64,000 nucleotides of DNA. It comes from the human T2T-CHM13v2.0 reference genome, Homo sapiens. Below are positions 1 to 11,500 of this stretch, piece after piece. The position numbers and the translations under genes are program-made. Within the stretch, counting starts at the first letter, position 1; every line of letters begins with the position of its first letter. Location: the NCBI RefSeq assembly GCF_009914755.1, contig NC_060942.1; one strand, given 5' to 3'. A model generated the notes under the pieces. The model saw nothing but the letters and a program-made list of their open reading frames with translations, made no database searches and had not been told where the DNA came from.

Positions 1-92
1 CAAGTCAAAAGTTGAACACTCCCTTTCATAGTGCAGTCCTGAAACACTCCTTTTGTAGTATCTGGAACTGGACTTTTGGAGCGCTTTCAGGG

Positions 93-109
93 CTAAGGTG
101 AAAAAGGAA
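93..109 (+). promoter_or_regulatory. pJalpha/A-box-like motif (representative; occupies the box position of A-type monomers)
   Basis: CTAAGGTGAAAAAGGAA, one mismatch to the pJalpha consensus CTAYGGTGRAAAAGGAA, lying 171 bp upstream of the CENP-B box at 264. Confidence 0.7.
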
Positions 110-263
110 ATATCTTCCCATAAAAACTGGACAGAAGCATTCTCAGAAACTTGTTTATGCTGTATCTACTCAACTAACAAAGTTGAACCTTTCTTTTGAT
201 AGAGCAGTTTTGAAATGCTCTTTTTGTGGAATCTGCAAGTGGATATTTGGCTAGTTTTGAGGA

Positions 264-280
264 TTTCGTTGGAAGCGGGA
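264..280 (+). promoter_or_regulatory. CENP-B box, dimer A (representative, recurs in each HOR)
   Basis: TTTCGTTGGAAGCGGGA matches the core nTTCGnnnnAnnCGGGn; overlaps the EcoRI site at 279-284. Confidence 0.95.
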
Positions 281-601
281 ATTCATACAAATTGCAGACT
301 GCAGCGTTCTGAGAAACATCTTTGTGATGTTTGTATTCAGGACAGAGAGTTGAACATTCCCTATCATAGAGCAGGTTGGAATCACTCCTTTTGTAGTATC
401 TGGAAGTGGACATTTGGAGCGCTTTCAGGCCTATGTTGAAAAAGGAAATATCTTCCCATAACAACTAGACACAAGCATTCTCAGAAACTTGTTTGTGATG
501 TGTGCCCTCTACTGACAGAGTTGAACCTTTCTTTTCATAGAGCAGTTTTGAAACACTCTTTTTGTAGAATCTGCAAGAGGATATTTGCATAGCTTTGAGG
601 A

Positions 602-618
602 TTTCGTGGGAAACGGGA
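602..618 (+). promoter_or_regulatory. CENP-B box, dimer B
   Basis: TTTCGTGGGAAACGGGA; core positions intact. Confidence 0.9.
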
Positions 619-943
619 TTGTCTTCAGGTAAAATCTAGACAGAAGCATTCTCAGAAACTTCTTTGGGATGTTTGCATTCAAGTCACAGAGTAGAACATT
701 CCCTTTGGTAGAGCAGGTTTGAAACACTCTTTTTGTAGTATCTGGAAGTGGACATTTGGAGCGCTTTCAGGCCTATGTTGGAAAGGGAAATATCTTCCCG
801 TAACAACTAGGCAGAAGCATTCTCAGAAACTTATTTGAGATGTGTGTACTCAACTAAGAGAATTGAACCACCGTTTTGAAGGAGCAGTTTTGAAACACTC
901 TTTTTCTGGAATCTGCAAGAGGATATTTGCCTAGCCTTGAGGA

Positions 944-960
944 TTTCGTTGGAAACGGGA
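944..960 (+). promoter_or_regulatory. CENP-B box, dimer C
   Basis: TTTCGTTGGAAACGGGA, canonical. Confidence 0.95.
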
Positions 961-1285
961 TTGTCTTCAGATAAAATCTAGACAGAAGCATTCTCAGAAA
1001 CTTCTTTGGGATGTTTGCATTCAAGTCACAGAGTAGAACATTCCCTTTGGTAGAGCAGGTTTGAAACACTCTTTTTTTAGTATATGGAAGTGGACATTTG
1101 GAGCGCTTTCAGGCCTACGTTGGAAAAGGAAATATCTTCCCATAACAACTAGACAGAAGCATTCTCAGAAACTAGTTTCTGATGTGTGTCCTCAACTAAC
1201 ACAGTTGAACATTTCTTTAGACAGAACAGTTTTGAAACTCTCTTTTTGTGGAATCTGCAAGTGGCTATTTGGCTAGATTTGAGGA

Positions 1286-1302
1286 TTTCGTTGGAAACGG
1301 GA
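1286..1302 (+). promoter_or_regulatory. CENP-B box, dimer D
   Basis: TTTCGTTGGAAACGGGA, canonical. Confidence 0.95.
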
Positions 1303-1623
1303 TTACATATAAAAAGCAGACAGCAGCATTCTCAGAAAGTTCTTTGTGATGATTGCATTCAAGTCACAGAATTGAACATTCCCTTTCACAGAGCAGGTTT
1401 GAAACACTCTTTTTATAGTGTGTGTAAGTGGACATTTGGAGCACTTTCCGGCCTAAGGTGAAAAAGGAAATATCTTCCCATAAAAACTAGACAGAAGCAT
1501 TCTCAGAAACTTACTCGTGATGTGTGTCCTCAACTAAAGGAGTAGAACCTTTGTTTTCATAGAGAAGTTTTGAAACGCTCTTTTTGTGGAATCTGCAAGT
1601 GGATATTTGGCTAGTTTGGAGGA

Positions 1624-1640
1624 TTTCGTTGGAAGCGGGA
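1624..1640 (+). promoter_or_regulatory. CENP-B box, dimer E
   Basis: TTTCGTTGGAAGCGGGA; overlaps the EcoRI site at 1639-1644. Confidence 0.95.
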
Positions 1641-1961
1641 ATTCATACAAATTGCAGACTGCAGCGTTCTGAGAAACATCTTTGTGATGTTTGTATTCAG
1701 GACACAGAGTTGAACATTCCCTATCATAGAGCAGGTTTGAATCACTCCTTTTGTAGTATCTGGAAGTGGACATTTGGAGCGCTTTCAGGCCTATGTTGGA
1801 AAAGGAAATATCTTCCCATAACAACTAGACAGAAGCATTCTCAGAAACTTATTTGAGATGTGTGTACTCAACTAAGAGAATTGAACCACCGTTTTGAAGG
1901 AGCAGTTTTGAAACACTCTTTTTCTGGAATCTGCAAGTGGATATTTGGCTAGCTTTGGGGA

Positions 1962-1978
1962 TTTCGCTGGAAGCGGGA
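1962..1978 (+). promoter_or_regulatory. CENP-B box, dimer F
   Basis: TTTCGCTGGAAGCGGGA; core positions intact. Confidence 0.9.
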
Positions 1979-2847
1979 ATACATATAAAAAGCACACAGC
2001 AGCGTTCTGAGAAACTGCTTTCTGATGTTTGCATTCAAGTCAAAAGTTGAACACTCCCTTTCATAGAGCAGTCCTGAAACACTCCTTTTGTAGTATCTGG
2101 AACTGGACTTTTGGAGCGCTTTCAGGGCTAAGGTGAAAAAGGAAATATCTTCCCATAAAAACTGGAGAGAATCATTCTCAGAAACTTGTTTATGCTGTAT
2201 CTACTCAACTAACATAGTTGAACCTTTCTTTTGATAGAGCAGTTTTGAAATGCTCTTTTTGTGGAATCTGCAAGTGGATATTTGGCTAGTTTGGAGGATT
2301 TCGTTGGAAGCGGGAATTCATACAAATTGCAGAATGCAGCGTTCTGAGAAACATCTTTGTGATGTTTGTATTCAGGACACAGAGTTGAACATTCCCTATC
2401 ATAGAGCAGGTTTGAATCACTCCTTTTGTAGTATCTGGAAGTGGACATTTGGAGCGCTTTCAGGCCTATGTTGGAAAAGGAAATATCTTCCCATAACAAC
2501 TAGACAGAAGCATTCTCAGAAACTTATTTGAGATGTGTGTACTCAACTAAGAGAATTGAACCACCGTTTTGAAGGAGCAGTTTTGAAACACTCTTTTCCT
2601 GGAATCTGCAAGTGGATATTTGGCTAGCTTTGGGGATTTCGCTGGAAGCGGGAATACATATAAAAAGCACACAGCAGCGTTCTGAGAAACTGCTTTCTGA
2701 TGTTTGCATTCAAGTCAAAAGTTGAACACTCCCTTTCATAGTGCAGTCCTGAAACACTCCTTTTGTAGTATCTGGAACTGGACTTTTGGAGCGCTTTCAG
2801 GGCTAAGGTGAGAAAGGAAATATCTTCCCATAAAAACTGGACAGAAG

Positions 2848-5557
2848 CATTCTCAGAAACTTGTTTATGCTGTATCTACTCAACTAACAAAGTTGAACCT
2901 TTCTTTTGATAGAGCAGTTTTGAAATGCTCTTTTTGTGGAATCTGCAAGTGGATATTTGGCTAGTTTTGAGGATTTCGTTGGAAGCGGGAATTCATACAA
3001 ATTGCAGACTGCAGCGTTCTGAGAAACATCTTTGTGATGTTTGTATTCAGGACAGAGAGTTGAACATTCCCTATCATAGAGCAGGTTGGAATCACTCCTT
3101 TTGTAGTATCTGGAAGTGGACATTTGGAGCGCTTTCAGGCCTATGTTGAAAAAGGAAATATCTTCCCATAACAACTAGACACAAGCATTCTCAGAAACTT
3201 GTTTGTGATGTGTGCCCTCTAGTGACAGAGTTGAACCTTTCTTTTCATAGAGCAGTTTTGAAACACTCTTTTTGTAGAATCTGCAAGAGGATATTTGCAT
3301 AGCTTTGAGGATTTCCTGGGAAACGGGATTGTCTTCAGGTAAAATCTAGACAGAAGCATTCTCAGAAACTTCTTTGGGATGTTTGCATTCAAGTCACAGA
3401 GTAGAACATTCCCTTTGGTAGAGCAGGTTTGAAACACTCTTTTTGTAGTATCTGGAAGTGGACATTTGGAGCGCTTTCAGGCCTATGTTGGAAAGGGAAA
3501 TATCTTCCCGTAACAACTAGGCAGAAGCATTCTCAGAAACTTATTTGAGATGTGTGTACTCAACTAAGAGAATTGAACCACCGTTTTGAAGGAGCAGTTT
3601 TGAAACACTCTTTTTCTGGAATCTGCAAGAGGATATTTGCCTAGCCTTGAGGATTTCGTTGGAAACGGGATTGTCTTCAGATCAAATCTAGACAGAAGCA
3701 TTCTCAGAAACTTCTTTGGGATGTTTGCATTCAAGTCACAGAGTAGAACATTCCCTTTGGTAGAGCAGGTTTGAAACACTCTTTTTTTAGTATATGGAAG
3801 TGGACATTTGGAGCGCTTTCAGGCCTACGTTGGAAAAGGAAATATCTTCCCATAACAACTAGACAGAAGCATTCTCAGAAACTAGTTTCTGATGTGTGTC
3901 CTCAACTAACACAGTTGAACATTTCTTTAGACAGAACAGTTTTGAAACTCTCTTTTTGTGGAATCTGCAAGTGGCTATTTGGCTAGATTTGAGGATTTCG
4001 TTGGAAACGGGATTACATATAAAAAGCAGACAGCAGCATTCTCAGAAAGTTCTTTGTGATGATTGCATTCAAGTCACAGAATTGAACATTCCCTTTCACA
4101 GAGCAGGTTTGAAACACTCTTTTTATAGTGTGTGTAAGTGGACATTTGGAGCACTTTCCGGCCTAAGGTGAAAAAGGAAATATCTTCCCATAAAAACTAG
4201 ACAGAAGCATTCTCAGAAACTTACTCGTGATGTGTGTCCTCAACTAAAGGAGTAGAACCTTTGTTTTCATAGAGAAGTTTTGAAACGCTCTTTTTGTGGA
4301 ATCTGCAAGTGGATATTTGGCTAGTTTGGAGGATTTCGTTGGAAGCGGGAATTCATACAAATTGCAGACTGCAGCGTTCTGAGAAACATCTTTGTGATGT
4401 TTGTATTCAGGACACAGAGTTGAACATTCCCTATCATAGAGCAGGTTTGAATCACTCCTTTTGTAGTATCTGGAAGTGGACATTTGGAGCGCTTTCAGGC
4501 CTATGTTGGAAAAGGAAATATCTTCCCATAACAACTAGACAGAAGCATTCTCAGAAACTTATTTGAGATGTGTGTACTCAACTAAGAGAATTGAACCACC
4601 GTTTTGAAGGAGCAGTTTTGAAACACTCTTTTTCTGGAATCTGCAAGTGGATATTTGGCTAGCTTTGGGGATTTCGCTGGAAGCGGGAATACATATAAAA
4701 AGCACACAGCAGCGTTCTGAGAAACTGCTTTCTGATGTTTGCATTCAAGTCAAAAGTTGAACACTCCCTTTCATAGAGCAGTCCTGAAACACTCCTTTTG
4801 TAGTATCTGGAACTGGACTTTTGGAGCGCTTTCAGGGCTAAGGTGAAAAAGGAAATATCTTCCCATAAAAACTGGAGAGAATCATTCTCAGAAACTTGTT
4901 TATGCTGTATCTACTCAACTAACATAGTTGAACCTTTCTTTTGATAGAGCAGTTTTGAAATGCTCTTTTTGTGGAATCTGCAAGTGGATATTTGGCTAGT
5001 TTGGAGGATTTCGTTGGAAGCGGGAATTCATACAAATTGCAGAATGCAGCGTTCTGAGAAACATCTTTGTGATGTTTGTATTCAGGACACAGAGTTGAAC
5101 ATTCCCTATCATAGAGCAGGTTTGAATCACTCCTTTTGTAGTATCTGGAAGTGGACATTTGGAGCGCTTTCAGGCCTATGTTGGAAAAGGAAATATCTTC
5201 CCATAACAACTAGACAGAAGCATTCTCAGAAACTTATTTGAGATGTGTGTACTCAACTAAGAGAATTGAACCACCGTTTTGAAGGAGCAGTTTTGAAACA
5301 CTCTTTTCCTGGAATCTGCAAGTATATATTTGGCTAGCTTTGGGGATTTCGCTGGAAGCGGGAATACATATAAAAAGCACACAGCAGCGTTCTGAGAAAC
5401 TGCTTTCTGATGTTTGCATTCAAGTCAAAAGTTGAACACTCCCTTTCATAGTGCAGTCCTGAAACACTCCTTTTGTAGTATCTGGAACTGGACTTTTGGA
5501 GCGCTTTCAGGGCTAAGGTGAGAAAGGAAATATCTTCCCATAAAAACTGGACAGAAG
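2848..5557 (+). repeat. 16-mer HOR variant, copy 2
   Basis: Same order at offset 2710; extra tetramer at 4883-5557. Confidence 0.9.
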
Positions 5558-8500
5558 CATTCTCAGAAACTTGTTTATGCTGTATCTACTCAACTAACAA
5601 AGTTGAACCTTTCTTTTGATAGAGCAGTTTTGAAATGCTCTTTTTGTGGAATCTGCAAGTGGATATTTGGCTAGTTTTGAGGATTTCGTTGGAAGCGGGA
5701 ATTCATACAAATTGCAGACTGCAGCGTTCTGAGAAACATCTTTGTGATGTTTGTATTCAGGACAGAGAGTTGAACATTCCCTATCATAGAGCAGGTTGGA
5801 ATCACTCCTTTTGTAGTATCTGGAAGTGGACATTTGGAGCGCTTTCAGGCCTATGTTGAAAAAGGAAATATCTTCCCATAACAACTAGACACAAGCATTC
5901 TCAGAAACTTGTTTGTGATGTGTGCCCTCTAGTGACAGAGTTGAACCTTTCTTTTCATAGAGCAGTTTTGAAACACTCTTTTTGTAGAATCTGCAAGAGG
6001 ATATTTGCATAGCTTTGAGGATTTCGTGGGAAACGGGATTGTCTTCAGGTAAAATCTAGACAGAAGCATTCTCAGAAACTTCTTTGGGATGTTTGCATTC
6101 AAGTCACAGAGTAGAACATTCCCTTTGGTAGAGCAGGTTTGAAACACTCTTTTTGTAGTATCTGGAAGTGGACATTTGGAGCGCTTTCAGGCCTATGTTG
6201 GAAAGGGAAATATCTTCCCGTAACAACTAGGCAGAAGCATTCTCAGAAACTTATTTGAGATGTGTGTACTCAACTAAGAGAATTGAACCACCGTTTTGAA
6301 GGAGCAGTTTTGAAACACTCTTTTTCTGGAATCTGCAAGAGGATATTTGCCTAGCCTTGAGGATTTCGTTGGAAACGGGATTGTCTTCAGATCAAATCTA
6401 GACAGAAGCATTCTCAGAAACTTCTTTGGGATGTTTGCATTCAAGTCACAGAGTAGAACATTCCCTTTGGTAGAGCAGGTTTGAAACACTCTTTTTTTAG
6501 TATATGGAAGTGGACATTTGGAGCGCTTTCAGGCCTACGTTGGAAAAGGAAATATCTTCCCATAACAACTAGACAGAAGCATTCTCAGAAACTAGTTTCT
6601 GATGTGTGTCCTCAACTAACACAGTTGAACATTTCTTTAGACAGAACAGTTTTGAAACACTCTTTTTGTGGAATCTGCAAGTGGCTATTTGGCTAGATTT
6701 GAGGATTTCGTTGGAAACGGGATTACATATAAAAAGCAGACAGCAGCATTCTCAGAAAGTTCTTTGTGATGATTGCATTCAAGTCACAGAATTGAACATT
6801 CCCTTTCACAGAGCAGGTTTGAAACACTCTTTTTGCAGTGTGTGTAAGTGGACATTTGGAGCACTTTCCGGCCTAAGGTGAAAAAGGAAATATCTTCCCA
6901 TAAAAACTAGACAGAAGCACTCTCAGAAACTTACTCGTGATGTGTGTCCTCAACTAAAGGAGTAGAACCTTTCTTTTCATAGAGAAGTTTTGAAACGCTC
7001 TTTTTGTGGAATCTGCAAGTGGATATTTGGCTAGTTTTGAGGATTTCGTTGGAAGCGGGAATTCATACAAATTGCAGACTGCAGCGTTCTGAGAAACATC
7101 TTTGTGATGTTTGTATTCAGGACACAGAGTTGAACATTCCCTATCATAGAGCAGGTTTGAATCACTCCTTTTGTAGTATCTGGAAGTGGACATTTGGAGC
7201 GCTTTCAGGCCTATGTTGGAAAAGGAAATATCTTCCCATAACAACTAGTCAGAAGCATTCTCAGAAACTTATTTGAGATGTGTGTACTCAACTAAGAGAA
7301 TTGAACCACCGTTTTGAAGGAGCAGTTTTGAAACACTCTTTTTCTGGAATCTGCAAGTGGATATTTGGCTAGCTTTGGGGATTTCGCTGGAAGCGGGAAT
7401 ACATATAAAAACCACACAGCAGCGTTCTGAGAAACTGCTTTCTGATGTTTGCATTCAAGTCAAAAGTTGAACACTCCCTTTCATAGTGCAGTCCTGAAAC
7501 ACTCCTTTTGTAGTATCTGGAACTGGACTTTTGGAGCGCTTTCAGGGCTAAGGTGAAAAAGGAAATATCTTCCCATAAAAACTGGACAGAAGCATTCTCA
7601 GAAACTTGTTTATGCTGTATCTACTCAACTAACAAAGTTGAACCTTTCTTTTGATAGAGCAGTTTTGAAATGCTCTTTTTGTGGAATCTGCAAGTGGATA
7701 TTTGGCTAGTTTTGAGGATTTCGTTGGAAGCGGGAATTCATACAAATTGCAGACTGCAGCGTTCTGAGAAACATCTTTGTGATGTTTGTATTCAGGACAG
7801 AGAATTGAACATTCCCTATCATAGAGCAGGTTTGAATCACTCCTTTTGTAGTATCTGGAAGTGGACATTTGGAGCGCTTTCAGGCCTATGTTGAAAAAGG
7901 AAATATCTTCCCATAACAACTAGACACAAGCATTCTCAGAAACTTGTTTGTGATGTGTGCCCTCTACTGACAGAGTTGAACCTTTCTTTTCATAGAGCAG
8001 TTTTGAAACACTCTTTTTGTAGAATCTGCAAGAGGATATTTGCATAGCTTTGAGGATTTCGTGGGAAACGGGATTGTCTTCAGGTAAAATCTAGACAGAA
8101 GCATTCTCAGAAACTTCTTTGGGATGTTTGCATTCAAGTCACAGAGTAGAACATTCCCTTTGGTAGAGCAGGTTTGAAACACTCTTTTTGTAGTATCTGG
8201 AAGTGGACATTTGGAGCGCTTTCAGGCCTATGTTGGAAAGGGAAATATCTTCCCGTAACAACTAGGCAGAAGCATTCTCAGAAACTTATTTGAGATGTGT
8301 GTACTCAACTAAGAGAATTGAACCACCGTTTTGAAGGAGCAGTTTTGAAACACTCTTTTTCTGGAATCTGCAAGAGGATATTTGCCTAGCCTTGAGGATT
8401 TCGTTGGAAACGGGATTGTCTTCAGATCAAATCTAGACAGAAGCATTCTCAGAAACTTCTTTGGGATGTTTGCATTCAAGTCACAGAGTAGAACATTCCC

Positions 8501-11500
8501 TTTGGTAGAGCAGGTTTGAAACACTCTTTTTTTAGTATATGGAAGTGGACATTTGGAGCGCTTTCAGGCCTACGTTGGAAAAGGAAATATCTTCCCATAA
8601 CAACTAGACAGAAGCATTCTCAGAAACTAGTTTCTGATGTGTGTCCTCAACTAACACAGTTGAACATTTCTTTAGACAGAACAGTTTTGAAACTCTCTTT
8701 TTGTGGAATCTGCAAGTGGCTATTTGGCTAGATTTGAGGATTTCGTTGGAAACGGGATTACATATAAAAAGCAGACAGCAGCATTCTCAGAAAGTTCTTT
8801 GTGATGATTGCATTCAAGTCACAGAATTGAACATTCCCTTTCACAGAGCAGGTTTGAAACACTCTTTTTATAGTGTGTGTAAGTGGACATTTGGAGCACT
8901 TTCCGGCCTAAGGTGAAAAAGGAAATATCTTCCCATAAAAACTAGACAGAAGCATTCTCAGAAACTTACTCGTGATGTGTGTCCTCAACTAAAGGAGTAG
9001 AACCTTTCTTTTCATAGAGAAGTTTTGAAACGCTCTTTTTGTGGAATCTGCAAGTGGATATTTGGCTAGTTTGGAGGATTTCGTTGGAAGCGGGAATTCA
9101 TACAAATTGCAGACTGCAGCGTTCTGAGAAACATCTTTGTGATGTTTGTATTCAGGACACAGAGTTGAACATTCCCTATCATAGAGCAGGTTTGAATCAC
9201 TCCTTTTGTAGTATCTGGAAGTGGACATTTGGAGCGCTTTCAGGCCTATGTTGGAAAAGGAAATATCTTCCCATAACAACTAGACAGAAGCATTCTCAGA
9301 AACTTATTTGAGATGTGTGTACTCAACTAAGAGAATTGAACCACCGTTTTGAAGGAGCAGTTTTGAAACACTCTTTTTCTGGAATCTGCAAGTGGATATT
9401 TGGCTAGCTTTGGGGATTTCGCTGGAAGCGGGAATACATATAAAAAGCACACAGCAGCGTTCTGAGAAACTGCTTTCTGATGTTTGCATTCAAGTCAAAA
9501 GTTGAACACTCCCTTTCATAGAGCAGTCCTGAAACACTCCTTTTGTAGTATCTGGAACTGGACTTTTGGAGCGCTTTCAGGGCTAAGGTGAAAAAGGAAA
9601 TATCTTCCCATAAAAACTGGACAGAATCATTCTCAGAAACTTGTTTATGCTGTATCTACTCAACTAACATAGTTGAACCTTTCTTTTGATAGAGCAGTTT
9701 TGAAATGCTCTTTTTGTGGAATCTGCAAGTGGATATTTGGCTAGTTTTGAGGATTTCGTTGGAAGCGGGAATTCATACAAATTGCAGACTGCAGCGTTCT
9801 GAGAAACATCTTTGTGATGTTTGTATTCAGGACAGAGAGTTGAACATTCCCTATCATAGAGCAGGTTGGAATCACTCCTTTTGTAGTATCTGGAAGTGGA
9901 CATTTGGAGCGCTTTCAGGCCTATGTTGAAAAAGGAAATATCTTCCCATAACAACTAGACACAAGCATTCTCAGAAACTTGTTTGTGATGTGTGCCCTCT
10001 ACTGACAGAGTTGAACCTTTCTTTTCATAGAGCAGTTTTGAAACACTCTTTTTGTAGAATCTGCAAGAGGATATTTGCATAGCTTTGAGGATTTCGTGGG
10101 AAACGTGATTGTCTTCAGGTAAAATCTAGACAGAAGCATTCTCAGAAACTTCTTTGGGATGTTTGCATTCAAGTCACAGAGTAGAACATTCCCTTTGGTA
10201 GAGCAGGTTTGAAACACTCTTTTTGTAGTATCTGGAAGTGGACATTTGGAGCGCTTTCAGGCCTATGTTGGAAAGGGAAATATCTTCCCGTAACAACTAG
10301 GCAGAAGCATTCTCAGAAACTTATTTGAGATGTGTGTACTCAACTAAGAGAATTGAACCACCGTTTTGAAGGAGCAGTTTTGAAACACTCTTTTTCTGCA
10401 ATCTGCAAGAGGATATTTGCCTAGCCTTGAGGATTTCGTTGGAAACGGGATTGTCTTCAGATCAAATCTAGACAGAAGCATTCTCAGAAACTTCTTTGGG
10501 ATGTTTGCATTCAAGTCACAGAGTAGAACATTCCCTTTGGTAGAGCAGGTTTGAAACACTCTTTTTTTAGTATATGGAAGTGGACATTTGGAGCGCTTTC
10601 AGGCCTACGTTGGAAAAGGAAATATCTTCCCATAACAACTAGACAGAAGCATTCTCAGAAACTAGTTTCTGATGTGTGTCCTCAACTAACACAGTTGAAC
10701 ATTTCTTTAGACAGAACAGTTTTGAAACTCTCTTTTTGTGGAATCTGCAAGTGGCTATTTGGCTAGATTTGAGGATTTCGTTGGAAACGGGATTACATAT
10801 AAAAAGCAGACAGCAGCATTCTCAGAAAGTTCTTTGTGATGATTGCATTCAAGTCACAGAATTGAACATTCCCTTTCACAGAGCAGGTTTGAAACACTCT
10901 TTTTATAGTGTGTGTAAGTGGACATTTGGAGCACTTTCCGGCCTAAGGTGAAAAAGGAAATATCTTCCCATAAAAACTAGACAGAAGCATTCTCAGAAAC
11001 TTACTCGTGATGTGTGTCCTCAACTAAAGGAGTAGAACCTTTGTTTTCATAGAGAAGTTTTGAAACGCTCTTTTTGTGGAATCTGCAAGTGGATATTTGG
11101 CTAGTTTGGAGGATTTCGTTGGAAGCGGGAATTCATACAAATTGCAGACTGCAGCGTTCTGAGAAACATCTTTGTGATGTTTGTATTCAGGACACAGAGT
11201 TGAACATTCCCTATCATAGAGCAGGTTTGAATCACTCCTTTTGTAGTATCTGGAAGTGGACATTTGGAGCGCTTTCAGGCCTATGTTGGAAAAGGAAATA
11301 TCTTCCCATAACAACTAGACAGAAGCATTCTCAGAAACTTATTTGAGATGTGTGTACTCAACTAAGAGAATTGAACCACCGTTTTGAAGGAGCAGTTTTG
11401 AAACACTCTTTTTCTGGAATCTGCAAGTGGATATTTGGCTAGCTTTGGGGATTTCGCTGGAAGCGGGAATACATATAAAAAGCACACAGCAGCGTTCTGA

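Larger units (their letters stand above)
138..2172 (+). repeat. Reference 12-monomer HOR unit (dimers A-B-C-D-E-F, 2035 bp)
   Basis: Box positions 264, 602, 944, 1286, 1624, 1962, next 2299: spacings 338+342+342+338+338+337=2035. Each dimer has a diagnostic sequence (A ttgtttatgctg, B gtgtgccctct, C gcctagccttg, D actagtttctg, E ttactcgtga, F agctttgggg). Confidence 0.95.
138..2847 (+). repeat. 16-mer HOR variant (ABCDEF + A/E hybrid + F, 2710 bp), copy 1
   Basis: The A-type start at 2173 runs into an E-type tail (gttggaaaagg...agacagaag) and then F instead of B; next true A at 2848 (extra 675 bp). Confidence 0.9.

Noticed and set aside
105-120. Short dyad ggaaatatcttcc and T-runs as terminator-like hairpins
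   Set aside because: These are ordinary alpha-satellite monomer features repeated throughout, with no transcription unit to terminate.
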